DNA from: a bacterium
GTDB taxonomy: Bacteria; Bacteroidota; Bacteroidia; NS11-12g; UBA9320
Direction of reading: 5' to 3'
Assembly: GCA_047639155.1 (NCBI GenBank)
Contig: JBLING010000001.1
Span: forward strand, 1 to 38,605
Length of the DNA: 38,605 bases
The translations under genes were made by a program, and so were the position numbers. Each line of letters begins with the position of its first letter. Position 1 is the first letter of the stretch. This document shows positions 15,463 to 25,052 of the stretch, piece after piece. Below the pieces are notes generated by a model. The model was not told where the DNA came from. It saw nothing but the letters and a program-made list of their open reading frames with translations, and did no database searches.

Positions 15463-16356
15463 ATGAACAATGATGATATGGGAACAGGGTATGGGAATAC
15501 CGGTCCCGGGCGAAACGAGCGAAATGGTGGAGGCAGAGATTTTAATAAGACCACACGTAAGCGACGAAGAATCTCTAAACCTACAGGAGAAATAAAAAAA
15601 ATCACACAAGAGCGCCCACCAGCAAAGGAAGTTTCCACAGAAATAAGACTAAATAAATATATTAGCAATGGTGGAGTTTGCAGTAGGAGAGAGGCAGATA
15701 CGATTATAACAGAAGGCCGGGTTGAAGTTAATGGTGAAGTGGTTACGACTTTGGGCCACAAGGTACAGCGCGAGGATGTTGTAAAGGTTGATGGGAAACA
15801 AATTTCACCAACCAAGAAGGTATATATTTTACTAAACAAGCCTAAAGACTATATCACAACCACCAACGACCCATTGCAACGGAAAACGGTAATGGACCTA
15901 ATTCAAGACGTAGACGCAGAAAGAGTATATCCAGTTGGAAGACTAGATCGCAATACAACGGGAATATTAATTTTTACAAATGATGGGGAAATGGCTCAAG
16001 GCTTAATGCACCCTAAGGGCAACGTGTCCAAAATATATTCAGTTGAGCTTAGTAAACCAATCGAACAAAAACACTTTTATAAACTACAAAACGGAATTAA
16101 ACTGTTTGACGGTTTTATGAAACCGGATAAAATTGCGCTTGTTGATCGTGACGATCAAACGAAAATAGGCGTTCAAATTCACAGCGGAAGAAATCGCGTT
16201 GTTAGGAGAATGTTTGAAGCGCTTGGATATGAGGTTGTTAAGTTAGACCGAGTGATCTATGCCGATATAGACAAACAAGGCTTGTCCAAAGGAAAATGGA
16301 GAAACTTGACAGAAAAAGAGGTTACCATGCTGAAAAGAATCACTAGATTAGGATAA
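15463..16356 (+). CDS. rluB: Pseudouridine synthase (RluB/RsuA family) with an S4 domain and a basic Gly/Arg-rich N-terminus
   Basis: S4 domain RLNKYISNGGVCSRREADTIITEGRVEVNG and catalytic motif GRLDRNTTGILIFTNDG. Confidence 0.9.
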   Translation: MNNDDMGTGYGNTGPGRNERNGGGRDFNKTTRKRRRISKPTGEIKKITQERPPAKEVSTEIRLNKYISNGGVCSRREADTIITEGRVEVNGEVVTTLGHKVQREDVVKVDGKQISPTKKVYILLNKPKDYITTTNDPLQRKTVMDLIQDVDAERVYPVGRLDRNTTGILIFTNDGEMAQGLMHPKGNVSKIYSVELSKPIEQKHFYKLQNGIKLFDGFMKPDKIALVDRDDQTKIGVQIHSGRNRVVRRMFEALGYEVVKLDRVIYADIDKQGLSKGKWRNLTEKEVTMLKRITRLG

Positions 16357-16368
16357 TTTTGAAATAAC

Positions 16369-17238
16369 ATGAAAAAGCTAGCCATATTTATTGTTATTAT
16401 CTCGTCAACACTAAGCTGTACTGAGGTCCCCCCATTTATTGACCTTTCAGAGCCAATCTTGCTGGCAAGGGACACAACATATATAAGTTCAGATGTTCCA
16501 CAACAAGTATTAAAAAACGTATTAATAGAAGACATAAGTGGGGTTGCATGTAATAATTGTCCAAAAGCCGCCGATATCGCCCACGAAATTCAAGCAGCAA
16601 ATCCAAATAGAGTCGTTGTTATGACCCTACATTCAAACAAGTATGGTGTTTTTACCAGGCCATTCGCTGATAGTAAGGACACATTTAATACCGTTGAGGC
16701 AACAGAAATAGTGAGTAATTTGATTGGCGAACCTTCGGGACTTCCAGCTGGGGCAATTGACAGAAAACTGTTTGATGGAGAAACGAGTAAAATCAACCAA
16801 AATTACGAGACCTGGGGAACACAAGTAGACCTACAATTGGCGCTAAATGCCAAAGTAAAACTTGAGTTGGAGGTAATTAAACAGCAGGACCGTAAAGTAA
16901 TCGCAAACGTTAAAGCGACCTTTACCGAACAAGACGAAACACCGGTTTATTTGTCGATTTTTATTATCGAAAGTAAAATCAATTCAAAACAAAAATTGCC
17001 AGACAACACTTACGATAAGGACTTTGAGCACAATTCAATTTTAAGAAAGGGAGTCACAAATTATGCGGGGCTTTTGTTGGCCGAAAGTGTTGAGGTTGGA
17101 CGTGTTTTTGAAAAAGGAGTTAAAATCGATATTCCAGCAAAATACAATATCGACAACTGTGCAATAGTGGTTCTTATCAATAAAAACTCAGGAAACAATA
17201 CTGAAGTGATTCAATGCGCGGAACAGCACATTGAATAA
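16369..17238 (+). CDS. Omp28-related outer-membrane lipoprotein (tentative family call)
   Basis: Lipobox SSTLSC|TE and a CxxC pair (VACNNCPKA). The family assignment is from memory. The stop overlaps the xerD start (TAATG). Confidence 0.65.
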   Translation: MKKLAIFIVIISSTLSCTEVPPFIDLSEPILLARDTTYISSDVPQQVLKNVLIEDISGVACNNCPKAADIAHEIQAANPNRVVVMTLHSNKYGVFTRPFADSKDTFNTVEATEIVSNLIGEPSGLPAGAIDRKLFDGETSKINQNYETWGTQVDLQLALNAKVKLELEVIKQQDRKVIANVKATFTEQDETPVYLSIFIIESKINSKQKLPDNTYDKDFEHNSILRKGVTNYAGLLLAESVEVGRVFEKGVKIDIPAKYNIDNCAIVVLINKNSGNNTEVIQCAEQHIE

Positions 17239-18125
17239 TGGGCACATTTACAAAAGGCTTTAATCAGTATTTACAACTCGAACTTTCTTTATCGAAAAAC
17301 TCAGTTCAAGCGTACATGTCTGATGTTGACAAACTTGAACGATTTGCACAGGAATCAGATACCAGAATAAAGGACCTAAGCTTTCAGCAACTGCTCTCGT
17401 TTCTACAATGGATCAACGAGTTAGGCTTGGCAGAGCGAACCCAAGCACGCATTATTTCTGGCATAAAAGCGTTCTACACATACTTAGAACTTGAGGACGT
17501 TATTAAACAAAACCCTTCTGAGCTTTTAGAAACACCAAAACTTAGTAGAAAGCTGCCAGAAGTATTGGATATCGTCGAAATCGACAGAATGTTTTCCAGT
17601 ATTGATTTATCTACCTCTAGCGGACAAAGAGATCGAGCGATTTTAGAACTTTTGTATAGTTGTGGATTGCGGGTTTCGGAACTTACGAATCTAAAAATCA
17701 ACGACATAATGTTTGAGGAAGACTTAATTGTTGTCACAGGAAAAGGCGACAAGCAGAGAATCGTTCCTATTGGCAAAACAGCATTGCATCACATTGGATT
17801 GTATTTAAATCACTTTAGAAAACCACAAAAGGAAGCAACTGAGCACGATTCAACACTGTTTTTAAACCTTAGAGGTAAGGGTATTTCTAGGGTGTATATT
17901 TTCAAAAAAATAAAAGAAATCGCCATGTCTGTGGGGATAACAAAAAACATAAGCCCACACACTTTTAGACACTCATTTGCAACAGCACTTGTAGAGGCGG
18001 GGGCAGACCTTAGGGCTGTTCAACAGATGCTTGGACACAAGTCGATAACTACCACAGAGATATATACACATTTAGATAGAACATACTTAAAGGATGTAAT
18101 ACAACAGTTTCACCCCCGCAGCTAA
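17238..18125 (+). CDS. xerD: Tyrosine site-specific recombinase XerD
   Basis: Catalytic residues in context: CGLRVSEL (R), HTFRHSFATALVEAG (HxxR) and LGHKSITTTEIYTHL (H, Y). The N-terminal SAM-like domain has the XerD pattern (SKNSVQAYMSDV). Confidence 0.9.
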   Translation: MGTFTKGFNQYLQLELSLSKNSVQAYMSDVDKLERFAQESDTRIKDLSFQQLLSFLQWINELGLAERTQARIISGIKAFYTYLELEDVIKQNPSELLETPKLSRKLPEVLDIVEIDRMFSSIDLSTSSGQRDRAILELLYSCGLRVSELTNLKINDIMFEEDLIVVTGKGDKQRIVPIGKTALHHIGLYLNHFRKPQKEATEHDSTLFLNLRGKGISRVYIFKKIKEIAMSVGITKNISPHTFRHSFATALVEAGADLRAVQQMLGHKSITTTEIYTHLDRTYLKDVIQQFHPRS

Positions 18126-18129
18126 CAGG

Positions 18130-19032
18130 CTAATTTTTAATGACCAAAACGTTGTCTTCTATGTAAACAGGCAACCCAAATGGCAGTGCATTGTTTGGTG
18201 ACATGTGCCCCGCTTCAAACCCGAAATATAGCGGGTAGTCATAATCTTTTACATGACTCCACACAATCTCTTCTGCGGTTTTGCCATATGGAACAGTGTT
18301 GTCATTCATATCTGTTAATCCACCAACAATGAGCGCACTTAGATTTTTAAGAATTCCATTTCGCTTCAAATTGACCATCATTCGATCAACATGGTATAGA
18401 TATTCATCCAAATCCTCAATGAAAAGAATGCTCCCAGCAGTTTTGGGACTAGAATCAGAACCAAGAATGCTATATAAGATTGACAGGTTTCCGCCAATAA
18501 TAGTACCGCTGGCGTCTCCAGACTTATTTAACCGATGATTCGATAGGTTATAATGATTTGATTTTCCAAATAAGGCATTTTGTAAACTTTTTACACTTTG
18601 CAAGTTCGCCTCGTCTAATTGACTATGGACACTGATCGGCATCGTTGCATGTAGTGTTGCAACACCCTGATTTCTAACAATGTGGCATAGCAAACTAGTA
18701 ACGTCACTATATCCTACCACCCATTTTGGGTCCGCACAGAAAGCGTCAAAATTAATGGAATCTATAAGCATTGTAGTACCATAACCACCGCGCGAACACC
18801 ATACCATATCTACATCGGGGTCGTTTAAGGCCTCCTGTAAATCTTGCAAGCGCTGAATTGTGGTACCAGCAAATTGATTTGAAGCTGTATAAACATTGCG
18901 ACCAAGTTGAACTTGTAGTCCCCACGACTTCAATAATATTATTGCAGGTTCAACCTCTGAAGGACTAATTTTTCTTGCAGTAGAAACTATACGGACAACA
19001 GAACCAGGTTCAAGAGATGGTGGCTTTTTCAT
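18130..19032 (-). CDS. ldcA: LD-carboxypeptidase (peptidase S66, muramoyltetrapeptide carboxypeptidase-like)
   Basis: Nucleophile motif VGYSDVTSL and the C-terminal EAGHMSPN histidine motif. The 300-aa length is typical. Confidence 0.85.
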   Translation of the reverse strand: MKKPPSLEPGSVVRIVSTARKISPSEVEPAIILLKSWGLQVQLGRNVYTASNQFAGTTIQRLQDLQEALNDPDVDMVWCSRGGYGTTMLIDSINFDAFCADPKWVVGYSDVTSLLCHIVRNQGVATLHATMPISVHSQLDEANLQSVKSLQNALFGKSNHYNLSNHRLNKSGDASGTIIGGNLSILYSILGSDSSPKTAGSILFIEDLDEYLYHVDRMMVNLKRNGILKNLSALIVGGLTDMNDNTVPYGKTAEEIVWSHVKDYDYPLYFGFEAGHMSPNNALPFGLPVYIEDNVLVIKN

Positions 19033-19082
19033 TAAGCAAATAAACCCATAATGAATGAGTTCACAAAAAGCGGATTATACCT

Positions 19083-19090
19083 TAAATTTG
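19083..19090 (+). promoter_or_regulatory. -7 box TAAATTTG
   Basis: Exact TAnnTTTG, 28 nt upstream of the ATG at 19119. Confidence 0.45.
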
Positions 19091-19118
19091 CGCATCATTT
19101 GAAACGTAAATTACGGAT

Positions 19119-20261
19119 ATGAATTTTGAACTTACTGAAGAGCACCGAATGATCCAACAGGCTGCAAGAGATTTTGCAGAAACAGAATTGTTACCGGGTG
19201 TGATAGAGCGAGATAATGAACAACGGTTTCCATTAAAACAAGTTAGGAAAATGGGAGAGTTGGGTTTCTTGGGTTTAATGGTAGACCCTAAATACGGCGG
19301 AGCTGGAATGGACACCATTTCTTACGTTTTAGCCATGGAAGAGATTTCTAAAATTGATGCATCCGCATCGGTGGTGATGTCGGTTAACAACAGCTTGGTT
19401 TGTTGGGGATTAGAGGAATACGGAAACGAAGAGCAAAAGCAGAAGTTTTTAATTCCGTTAGCACAAGGTAAAATACATGGTGGGTTTTGTTTATCAGAAC
19501 CAGAAGCTGGTAGCGATGCGACGTCTCAAAAAACCACAGCTATTGACATGGGGGACCACTATTTACTGAATGGTACCAAAAACTGGATTACAAACGGGGG
19601 AACAGCAGATACTTTTTTGGTAATTGCACAAACCCATGTAGAAAAAGGGCACCGAGGCATTAATGCTTTAATTGTAACCAACGACATGCCTGGTTTTGTT
19701 GTTGGCAAAAAGGAGGACAAACTTGGAATTCGTGGGTCTGATACACATTCATTAATGTTCCAAGACGTAAAGGTTCCCAAAGAGAACCGAATTGGGGAAG
19801 ATGGTTTTGGGTTCAAATTCGCGATGAAAGTTCTTTCTGGTGGACGAATTGGCATAGCCTCCCAAGCCTTGGGAATAGCTTCTGGAGCCTATGAGCGGTC
19901 CGTCGCATATTCAAAAGAACGCAAAGCGTTCGGAACAGAAATAATGAACCACCAAGCCATAGCATTTAAACTCGCAGATATGGCAACTGAAATAGAAATG
20001 GCGCGTTTACTATGCTTTAAAGCAGCGTGGCTAAAAGACAACGGTAAAGACTATGCACGTGCAAGTAGCATGGCGAAATTGGTAGCTTCAGAAACGGCGA
20101 TGAAAACAACTATTGAAGCGGTGCAGGTCCATGGAGGATACGGATTTGTAAAAGAATATCACGTTGAGCGACTTATGAGAGATGCTAAGATCACACAGAT
20201 TTATGAGGGAACCTCTGAAATTCAACGCGTTGTTATTTCAAGAGATATATTAAGGGACTAA
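19119..20261 (+). CDS. Acyl-CoA dehydrogenase (short-chain/butyryl-CoA dehydrogenase-like)
   Basis: CLSEPEAGSDA, GGYGFVKEYHVERLMRDAKITQIYEGTSEIQR and the 380-aa length are canonical for the ACAD family. Confidence 0.95.
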   Translation: MNFELTEEHRMIQQAARDFAETELLPGVIERDNEQRFPLKQVRKMGELGFLGLMVDPKYGGAGMDTISYVLAMEEISKIDASASVVMSVNNSLVCWGLEEYGNEEQKQKFLIPLAQGKIHGGFCLSEPEAGSDATSQKTTAIDMGDHYLLNGTKNWITNGGTADTFLVIAQTHVEKGHRGINALIVTNDMPGFVVGKKEDKLGIRGSDTHSLMFQDVKVPKENRIGEDGFGFKFAMKVLSGGRIGIASQALGIASGAYERSVAYSKERKAFGTEIMNHQAIAFKLADMATEIEMARLLCFKAAWLKDNGKDYARASSMAKLVASETAMKTTIEAVQVHGGYGFVKEYHVERLMRDAKITQIYEGTSEIQRVVISRDILRD

Positions 20262-20275
20262 GAAAAACACACCAT

Positions 20276-20310
20276 AAAAAAGGCGTCGAATACATTCGAC
20301 GCCTTTTTTG
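20276..20310. terminator. Bidirectional rho-independent terminator between convergent genes
   Basis: A perfect 10-bp stem aggcgtcgaa (20281-20290) pairs with ttcgacgcct (20295-20304) around a 4-nt loop. An A-run and a T-run flank it. Confidence 0.8.
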
Positions 20311-20323
20311 TATCCCAATACTC

Positions 20324-22033
20324 TTATCTAGCCAAAACAACCTTTTGTGTAGCCAAACCTAAATCTGTATTCACGTGAAGGAAATAGTAACCGTCTTTCA
20401 AGTTTGTTAAATCTATTGTCGTATTGGACGTATTGATGTCGTTACTTGTCAATACCGTTTTTCCACTGATGTCCGTCACCGAAATTGCACTAATTTTAAT
20501 CTTAGCGTCTAGATCAACATATAATATTCCTGTTGTAGGATTAGGATAAGTCTTACCATTAAACTCTGATAAAGAAGGTGCTGATAATTCTGCAGTGGTA
20601 TAATAACCGTTTGTTACAGCCAATCTAGGACAAAGATATCCTTGAATGGTGTCCAAGTAGGCACGCCCTTTTGCAGGTGACATGTCTGGATTTGATTGTA
20701 ATGAAGCAATGTGGGTTGTTACACCTGGCTGTACTTCATATTTTGCTAATGGAGAATTTGGATCCCACCACTGCCAAGGTCCAGCTTGGTTTTGAAATAT
20801 GCTTGCACCTGCTGCAACGTCAACAGCAAATAAACCCTCAAGGCTCTTATTAACAGTTATCTTATCTCGCGGAGATGGATAAATATAATCAAATGTTTTA
20901 CCATACTTGTTTCTAGCAACCGTAGTGAATGGGTCATTTCCCATGTCCTTAAAAACGTCATTTAAGCCAAGTGAATTTGCTTTGGACATATACACGTTTG
21001 CTCCAGTTACATCAACAACATCCTCTTGAGTCGTTGGCACAATTACAGTACCATCGTGAAATGGTGCAAAAGGATCTCTAATGCACTGAAATGCAATAAT
21101 CGGCTTATCACCAGCCTCTAACCATGAAGTGTCGGCTAATGCGCCACCAGCGGCAACAACAGCTGCTATATCTAAATTGGCACGTGGTGGACCATATAAT
21201 GTTAATGAATAAGGAATACCAGAACCGTCAATTCTTCCAACAACAGATGTGTCAATAAAAGACTTTTGAGTTAAAGGGTTGAGGAATTGAGGTAAGCTTA
21301 CTTCTTTGTATTTGTCTAGTGAGTTATAGGCTAATGCGATATAAGCACCGGTGCCCTCACCATAAAGAACAATTTTATTTGGGTCTATGGAGTACATATT
21401 CCCTCCAGCTGCTTCAACTTTTAATCCACCAACACATTGCTTAATGTCTTGAATCGACCGGTAAACAGCGTTTAACAACGTTCCACGTCTTTCAAATTCA
21501 CCGGTTGGTCCAGAAGCCAAAGGATTCCAACCCAAACGGTAGTCTGCAGAAATAGCTACATAACCACGTTTCGCCCACCCACGGCACAAAATGATGGCAG
21601 AACTATCGGTCATTGTTCCAACCGGACTTCCATTGATAGGTGAAGGTAAAAAGTTACCGGTGTGCATGTAAATAATAACAGGGCGAGCGGTATTTGTATC
21701 GACCGATGACTTTGGAGCATAAATATCCATTTTTATATCCTGAACTTTAATAACCGAAGTTGTGTCACCTAGGTTTTTGTGAGTAGCAGGTATTTGTTGA
21801 CCCATGGCCAAAGCTGTTTTTATAGTTGTTAACTCCATTCCAATCTGTTGTTTGGGAGCTGAAGAAAGCCTTGAAGACCGTAAAAAATCAATGTTTGTTG
21901 CATACGTAACATTCGATGTTACTTCAATGTCCGCATCAGTATAGACCTCGTCTATATATCTTTTTTGTGCGAAAAGTTGAAGGCTTGACAACATAAAGCC
22001 AGCAACCAGTAGATAAGTGTAAACTCTTTTCAT
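20324..22033 (-). CDS. Secreted alpha/beta-hydrolase-fold protein with a T9SS type A sorting domain
   Basis: Signal peptide, then an esterase-like core (MDIYAPK...PVIIYMHTGNF; IVLYGEGTGAYIALAY). The C-terminus YPNPTTGILYVDL...LKDGYYFLHVNTDLGLATQKVVLAR follows the Por_Secre_tail pattern. Confidence 0.8.
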   Translation of the reverse strand: MKRVYTYLLVAGFMLSSLQLFAQKRYIDEVYTDADIEVTSNVTYATNIDFLRSSRLSSAPKQQIGMELTTIKTALAMGQQIPATHKNLGDTTSVIKVQDIKMDIYAPKSSVDTNTARPVIIYMHTGNFLPSPINGSPVGTMTDSSAIILCRGWAKRGYVAISADYRLGWNPLASGPTGEFERRGTLLNAVYRSIQDIKQCVGGLKVEAAGGNMYSIDPNKIVLYGEGTGAYIALAYNSLDKYKEVSLPQFLNPLTQKSFIDTSVVGRIDGSGIPYSLTLYGPPRANLDIAAVVAAGGALADTSWLEAGDKPIIAFQCIRDPFAPFHDGTVIVPTTQEDVVDVTGANVYMSKANSLGLNDVFKDMGNDPFTTVARNKYGKTFDYIYPSPRDKITVNKSLEGLFAVDVAAGASIFQNQAGPWQWWDPNSPLAKYEVQPGVTTHIASLQSNPDMSPAKGRAYLDTIQGYLCPRLAVTNGYYTTAELSAPSLSEFNGKTYPNPTTGILYVDLDAKIKISAISVTDISGKTVLTSNDINTSNTTIDLTNLKDGYYFLHVNTDLGLATQKVVLAR

Positions 22034-22059
22034 TTGTTTTTTTAATTATTGTATTGTCT

Positions 22060-22067
22060 CAAATTTA
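22060..22067 (-). promoter_or_regulatory. -7 box TAAATTTG (reverse strand)
   Basis: Plus-strand caaattta, 26 nt upstream of the ATG at 22033. Confidence 0.4.
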
Positions 22068-22096
22068 AGCAAAACAACCAACATTGGAATGCAGGT

Positions 22097-24946
22097 TTAT
22101 TTTTTTGCCGTTTCTATATCTACAAGAATAGAGAAATATGCCAGCCTACCGACGTAAGGACCCCCGTATACTTGATAGTTTGTATTGTTAAAAACAGTTC
22201 TTCTTTTGCCTTCATCTGAAGCATCGAACAATGGTAAAAGGCCGAGGATATTGGATGCACCCAGTTTAAAAGTGGTGTGCTTGTCTTTCCATTCATAATT
22301 CACCTGTGCATCTACCATGTCGTATGTTGGCACAAAACCCGTGAATTGTGGGGAACCTTCAAATACAAATCCTTGTATCCATTTGTAATTAATGCCAAAA
22401 CCAAAATTGTGACCAATAAACTTAAGAAGTTTCAGTTTACGTCCCGTAAATGAAACATTAAACTTGTGTTTTGGCGTATTGAATGCCGGTATGATTGGAT
22501 CATCGGCTCCTTTTTTATTGAGAATGTTCCAAGAATAATTACCACCTAGGGCATAATTTTTAAAATAATAATTTAGACCAATAGATGCACCCTGTGTTGT
22601 AACATTTGATTTCGCATTTGCTGCAACCCGATACACCTCTATTCCACCAACAGGAAAACTCGTATTTGGGTCGAATGTAGCGTCTAACCCAATGTTATAA
22701 CCAATAAAATCTGTGTACAATGTGTAATAATATCCCAAATCAACAAACATTGAATTATCTAGTAATGACCCCTTATAACCAAGCTCAATGGTTTTGGCCT
22801 TTTCCGGCTGAATTGGGTTTACGTCGAAATACTCTATGCTTTCAGTTGTCAAACCGTTATTTCGGTATTCATTAAATGAACTAATCGTTATTAATGAGTC
22901 AAACCCATTTAGGTTTCCTATTAACGTGGCTCGCCCAACATCATAAAACAAATATTGATCAGCTAGAGTCGGATTGCGTATCGCTGAAGAAAAGGATGCT
23001 CTATAAGTATGCTTTTTGCTTGGCAAATAAATCACAGACGCGGCTGGGGATAAGAGGAAATTAAAATTTTGATTTTTATCCAACCTTGCAGTAAAGTTGA
23101 CAATCATCTTATCGTTGCGTATTTTCTTTTTAACGCCACCATAAACGCCGTATTCAAGATTTCGAATAACGACACTGCCCGTGTCATTTAATATTGTTCC
23201 CCGTGAATCGGGGGTGTAGAGCCGCCCATTTGCACCAATGGTGATTTCTCCGAACTTCTTACTTATTTTCTTTTCACCATGTAAATGGTATAATGAAGAT
23301 TTATCATAAAACCGAGTACCATTATCTGTGAATAACCTTGATGTCACATCATTAAACACACTGTCGAATTCTTGCGTCCCTTCATTGAAACGCGGCAAAC
23401 TCCCGCCGCCAGAAGCATCATCAACATAACCCCTATTCTGATTGTGCCATTTGAACAATGAATCTTGATATTGACCTAAGAATGGATTAAGGTAATTGTT
23501 TGACCAGTTGTCAATCGTTCCATGTGTATCTTGATTGAAATACGGATAATTTGGAAGGCCCTCAACTTGATTCTTAAATCGCAAAATTCTCCAGTTGGTT
23601 TTGTAGGTGGTGTTCCAACTTGTATTTGCCTTACTTAATGCATTTAGCTTAAAGGCTGTTGACACAATGTCGTAAGTATCTCCTGCGTCTTCAGATGTGG
23701 AGTATAACCGTACAAAGAACTTGTCCTTTTTACGATATTCAATTCTATTCTGCCAAAACTTAATGTTGTCTAATCGATACCGGTTGTCTCCTTGATAAAC
23801 GGTAGATCCACCACCGAAATTAAAAGCATAAATTAACTCTGCCGAATCTCTTAAGCGGTAATGTAAAGAAGCATTGACTTTAAGATTGTCTGTTTTATAG
23901 TCTACCAGAGATGTTTCTTTATACCCTGTGCGATAAAAGTAACCCAAACCAGGGTTGCTGAATTGGCTAAATGAACTGGTGTAATCGTTATTTGGCTCAA
24001 AGCTTTCGTCTCCATAAACGTTAACTGCGTCATAACCCCCTGGGTTTAATTCGTCATATCGACTATCTACGGTTGGTTCATAGTTGTCAGCCTCCCAATC
24101 ATTCGCCTGCATGTAGAAAACACCAATTTTATAGGCGAACCGATTTAGGTTATTTTTACCCGGGATAACATCAGCCCACCGAGCGGCAACCTGACTAAGA
24201 TTTCTTTCTCCACCTTTAAGCTCAACCGACAGCCCAGGATAATCGTATGGACTTTTAGTCTCCATACTGATAACGCCGTTGAAGGCATTTGGGCCATAAA
24301 ACGCACTACTTGCGCCGGCAATTATATCAACCCTTTTTAAGTCTAAGTCGTTGGCACCCAAAAAGTTGCCAAGTGCAAAGTTTAAACCAGGTGATTGGTT
24401 ATCAACACCATCGATTAATTGCAAACTCCGAACAGGACTTGTACTGTTAAAACCACGCGTATTCACAACCCTGAAACCCATGCTTGCTGCAGTTACATCT
24501 ACCCCTTTTAAGTTACCTAAACTCTCATAAAACGAGGCCGATGCAGCTTCTTTGATAGCCTTGAGCCCCAAAGACTCTATTGTTAAAGGGGTTTCTTTTT
24601 GCTTCTCACTTACACGGTCAACCTTTACTACGGTAGTTCTTAGTCGTGATTTACTTTCTGCTAAAACAATAGATAAGTTTTTTCCCTCTGATTCAGTATT
24701 TAATATTATTTCTGAATCTTCATATCCCTGATAACTAAAAACTAAAGTTACAGGATAGGAATTGACATTAAGTTTGAACAAACCGTTTTCATCGGTGCTT
24801 GTTCCATTTCGTTGCCCTTTCACAAGGACGTCAGCCGCTATTAATGGGTCTCCACTTTTGTCTGTCACGGTACCACTAATTTCCTGGGCAAATATCGAGC
24901 TTGTTAAAAACACGAAAACGATGGTGAGCAGGAGTTTAAAGCGCAT
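22097..24946 (-). CDS. TonB-dependent receptor with an N-terminal carboxypeptidase-regulatory-like domain
   Basis: ISGTVTDKSGDPLIAADVLVKG (CarboxypepD_reg-like), a plug region (IDGVDN, SAFYGPNAFNGVI) and a long beta-barrel. The start is set at MRFKLLLTIVFVFLTSSIFAQE (24946; alternatively 24961). The track's longer N-terminus has no signal-peptide logic. Confidence 0.9.
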   Translation of the reverse strand: MRFKLLLTIVFVFLTSSIFAQEISGTVTDKSGDPLIAADVLVKGQRNGTSTDENGLFKLNVNSYPVTLVFSYQGYEDSEIILNTESEGKNLSIVLAESKSRLRTTVVKVDRVSEKQKETPLTIESLGLKAIKEAASASFYESLGNLKGVDVTAASMGFRVVNTRGFNSTSPVRSLQLIDGVDNQSPGLNFALGNFLGANDLDLKRVDIIAGASSAFYGPNAFNGVISMETKSPYDYPGLSVELKGGERNLSQVAARWADVIPGKNNLNRFAYKIGVFYMQANDWEADNYEPTVDSRYDELNPGGYDAVNVYGDESFEPNNDYTSSFSQFSNPGLGYFYRTGYKETSLVDYKTDNLKVNASLHYRLRDSAELIYAFNFGGGSTVYQGDNRYRLDNIKFWQNRIEYRKKDKFFVRLYSTSEDAGDTYDIVSTAFKLNALSKANTSWNTTYKTNWRILRFKNQVEGLPNYPYFNQDTHGTIDNWSNNYLNPFLGQYQDSLFKWHNQNRGYVDDASGGGSLPRFNEGTQEFDSVFNDVTSRLFTDNGTRFYDKSSLYHLHGEKKISKKFGEITIGANGRLYTPDSRGTILNDTGSVVIRNLEYGVYGGVKKKIRNDKMIVNFTARLDKNQNFNFLLSPAASVIYLPSKKHTYRASFSSAIRNPTLADQYLFYDVGRATLIGNLNGFDSLITISSFNEYRNNGLTTESIEYFDVNPIQPEKAKTIELGYKGSLLDNSMFVDLGYYYTLYTDFIGYNIGLDATFDPNTSFPVGGIEVYRVAANAKSNVTTQGASIGLNYYFKNYALGGNYSWNILNKKGADDPIIPAFNTPKHKFNVSFTGRKLKLLKFIGHNFGFGINYKWIQGFVFEGSPQFTGFVPTYDMVDAQVNYEWKDKHTTFKLGASNILGLLPLFDASDEGKRRTVFNNTNYQVYGGPYVGRLAYFSILVDIETAKK

Positions 24947-25040
24947 AAAATTTAAAGTCATTACTTTCAAAGGACAACAAAAGAAAGTGAAATTGTTTAG
25001 ACTAATGTTATCATAATAATAAATGGTTTTAAATATACCA

Positions 25041-25048
25041 TATTTTTG
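25041..25048 (+). promoter_or_regulatory. -7 box TATTTTTG
   Basis: Exact TAnnTTTG, 4 nt upstream of the ATG at 25053. Confidence 0.5.
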
Positions 25049-25052
25049 ACCC

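Noticed and set aside
15361-15839. Minus-strand ORFs of 82 and 129 aa overlapping the rluB 5' region.
   Set aside because: They are antisense to the basic N-terminus of rluB, with no features of their own. The rluB start is supported by a -7 box.
17238-18125. A tyrosine recombinase as a marker of a mobile element.
   Set aside because: The sequence and size fit housekeeping XerD. It sits in an rluB-lipoprotein-xerD operon, with no flanking repeats, cargo or tRNA target nearby. It is also 15 kb away from the ssrA islet.
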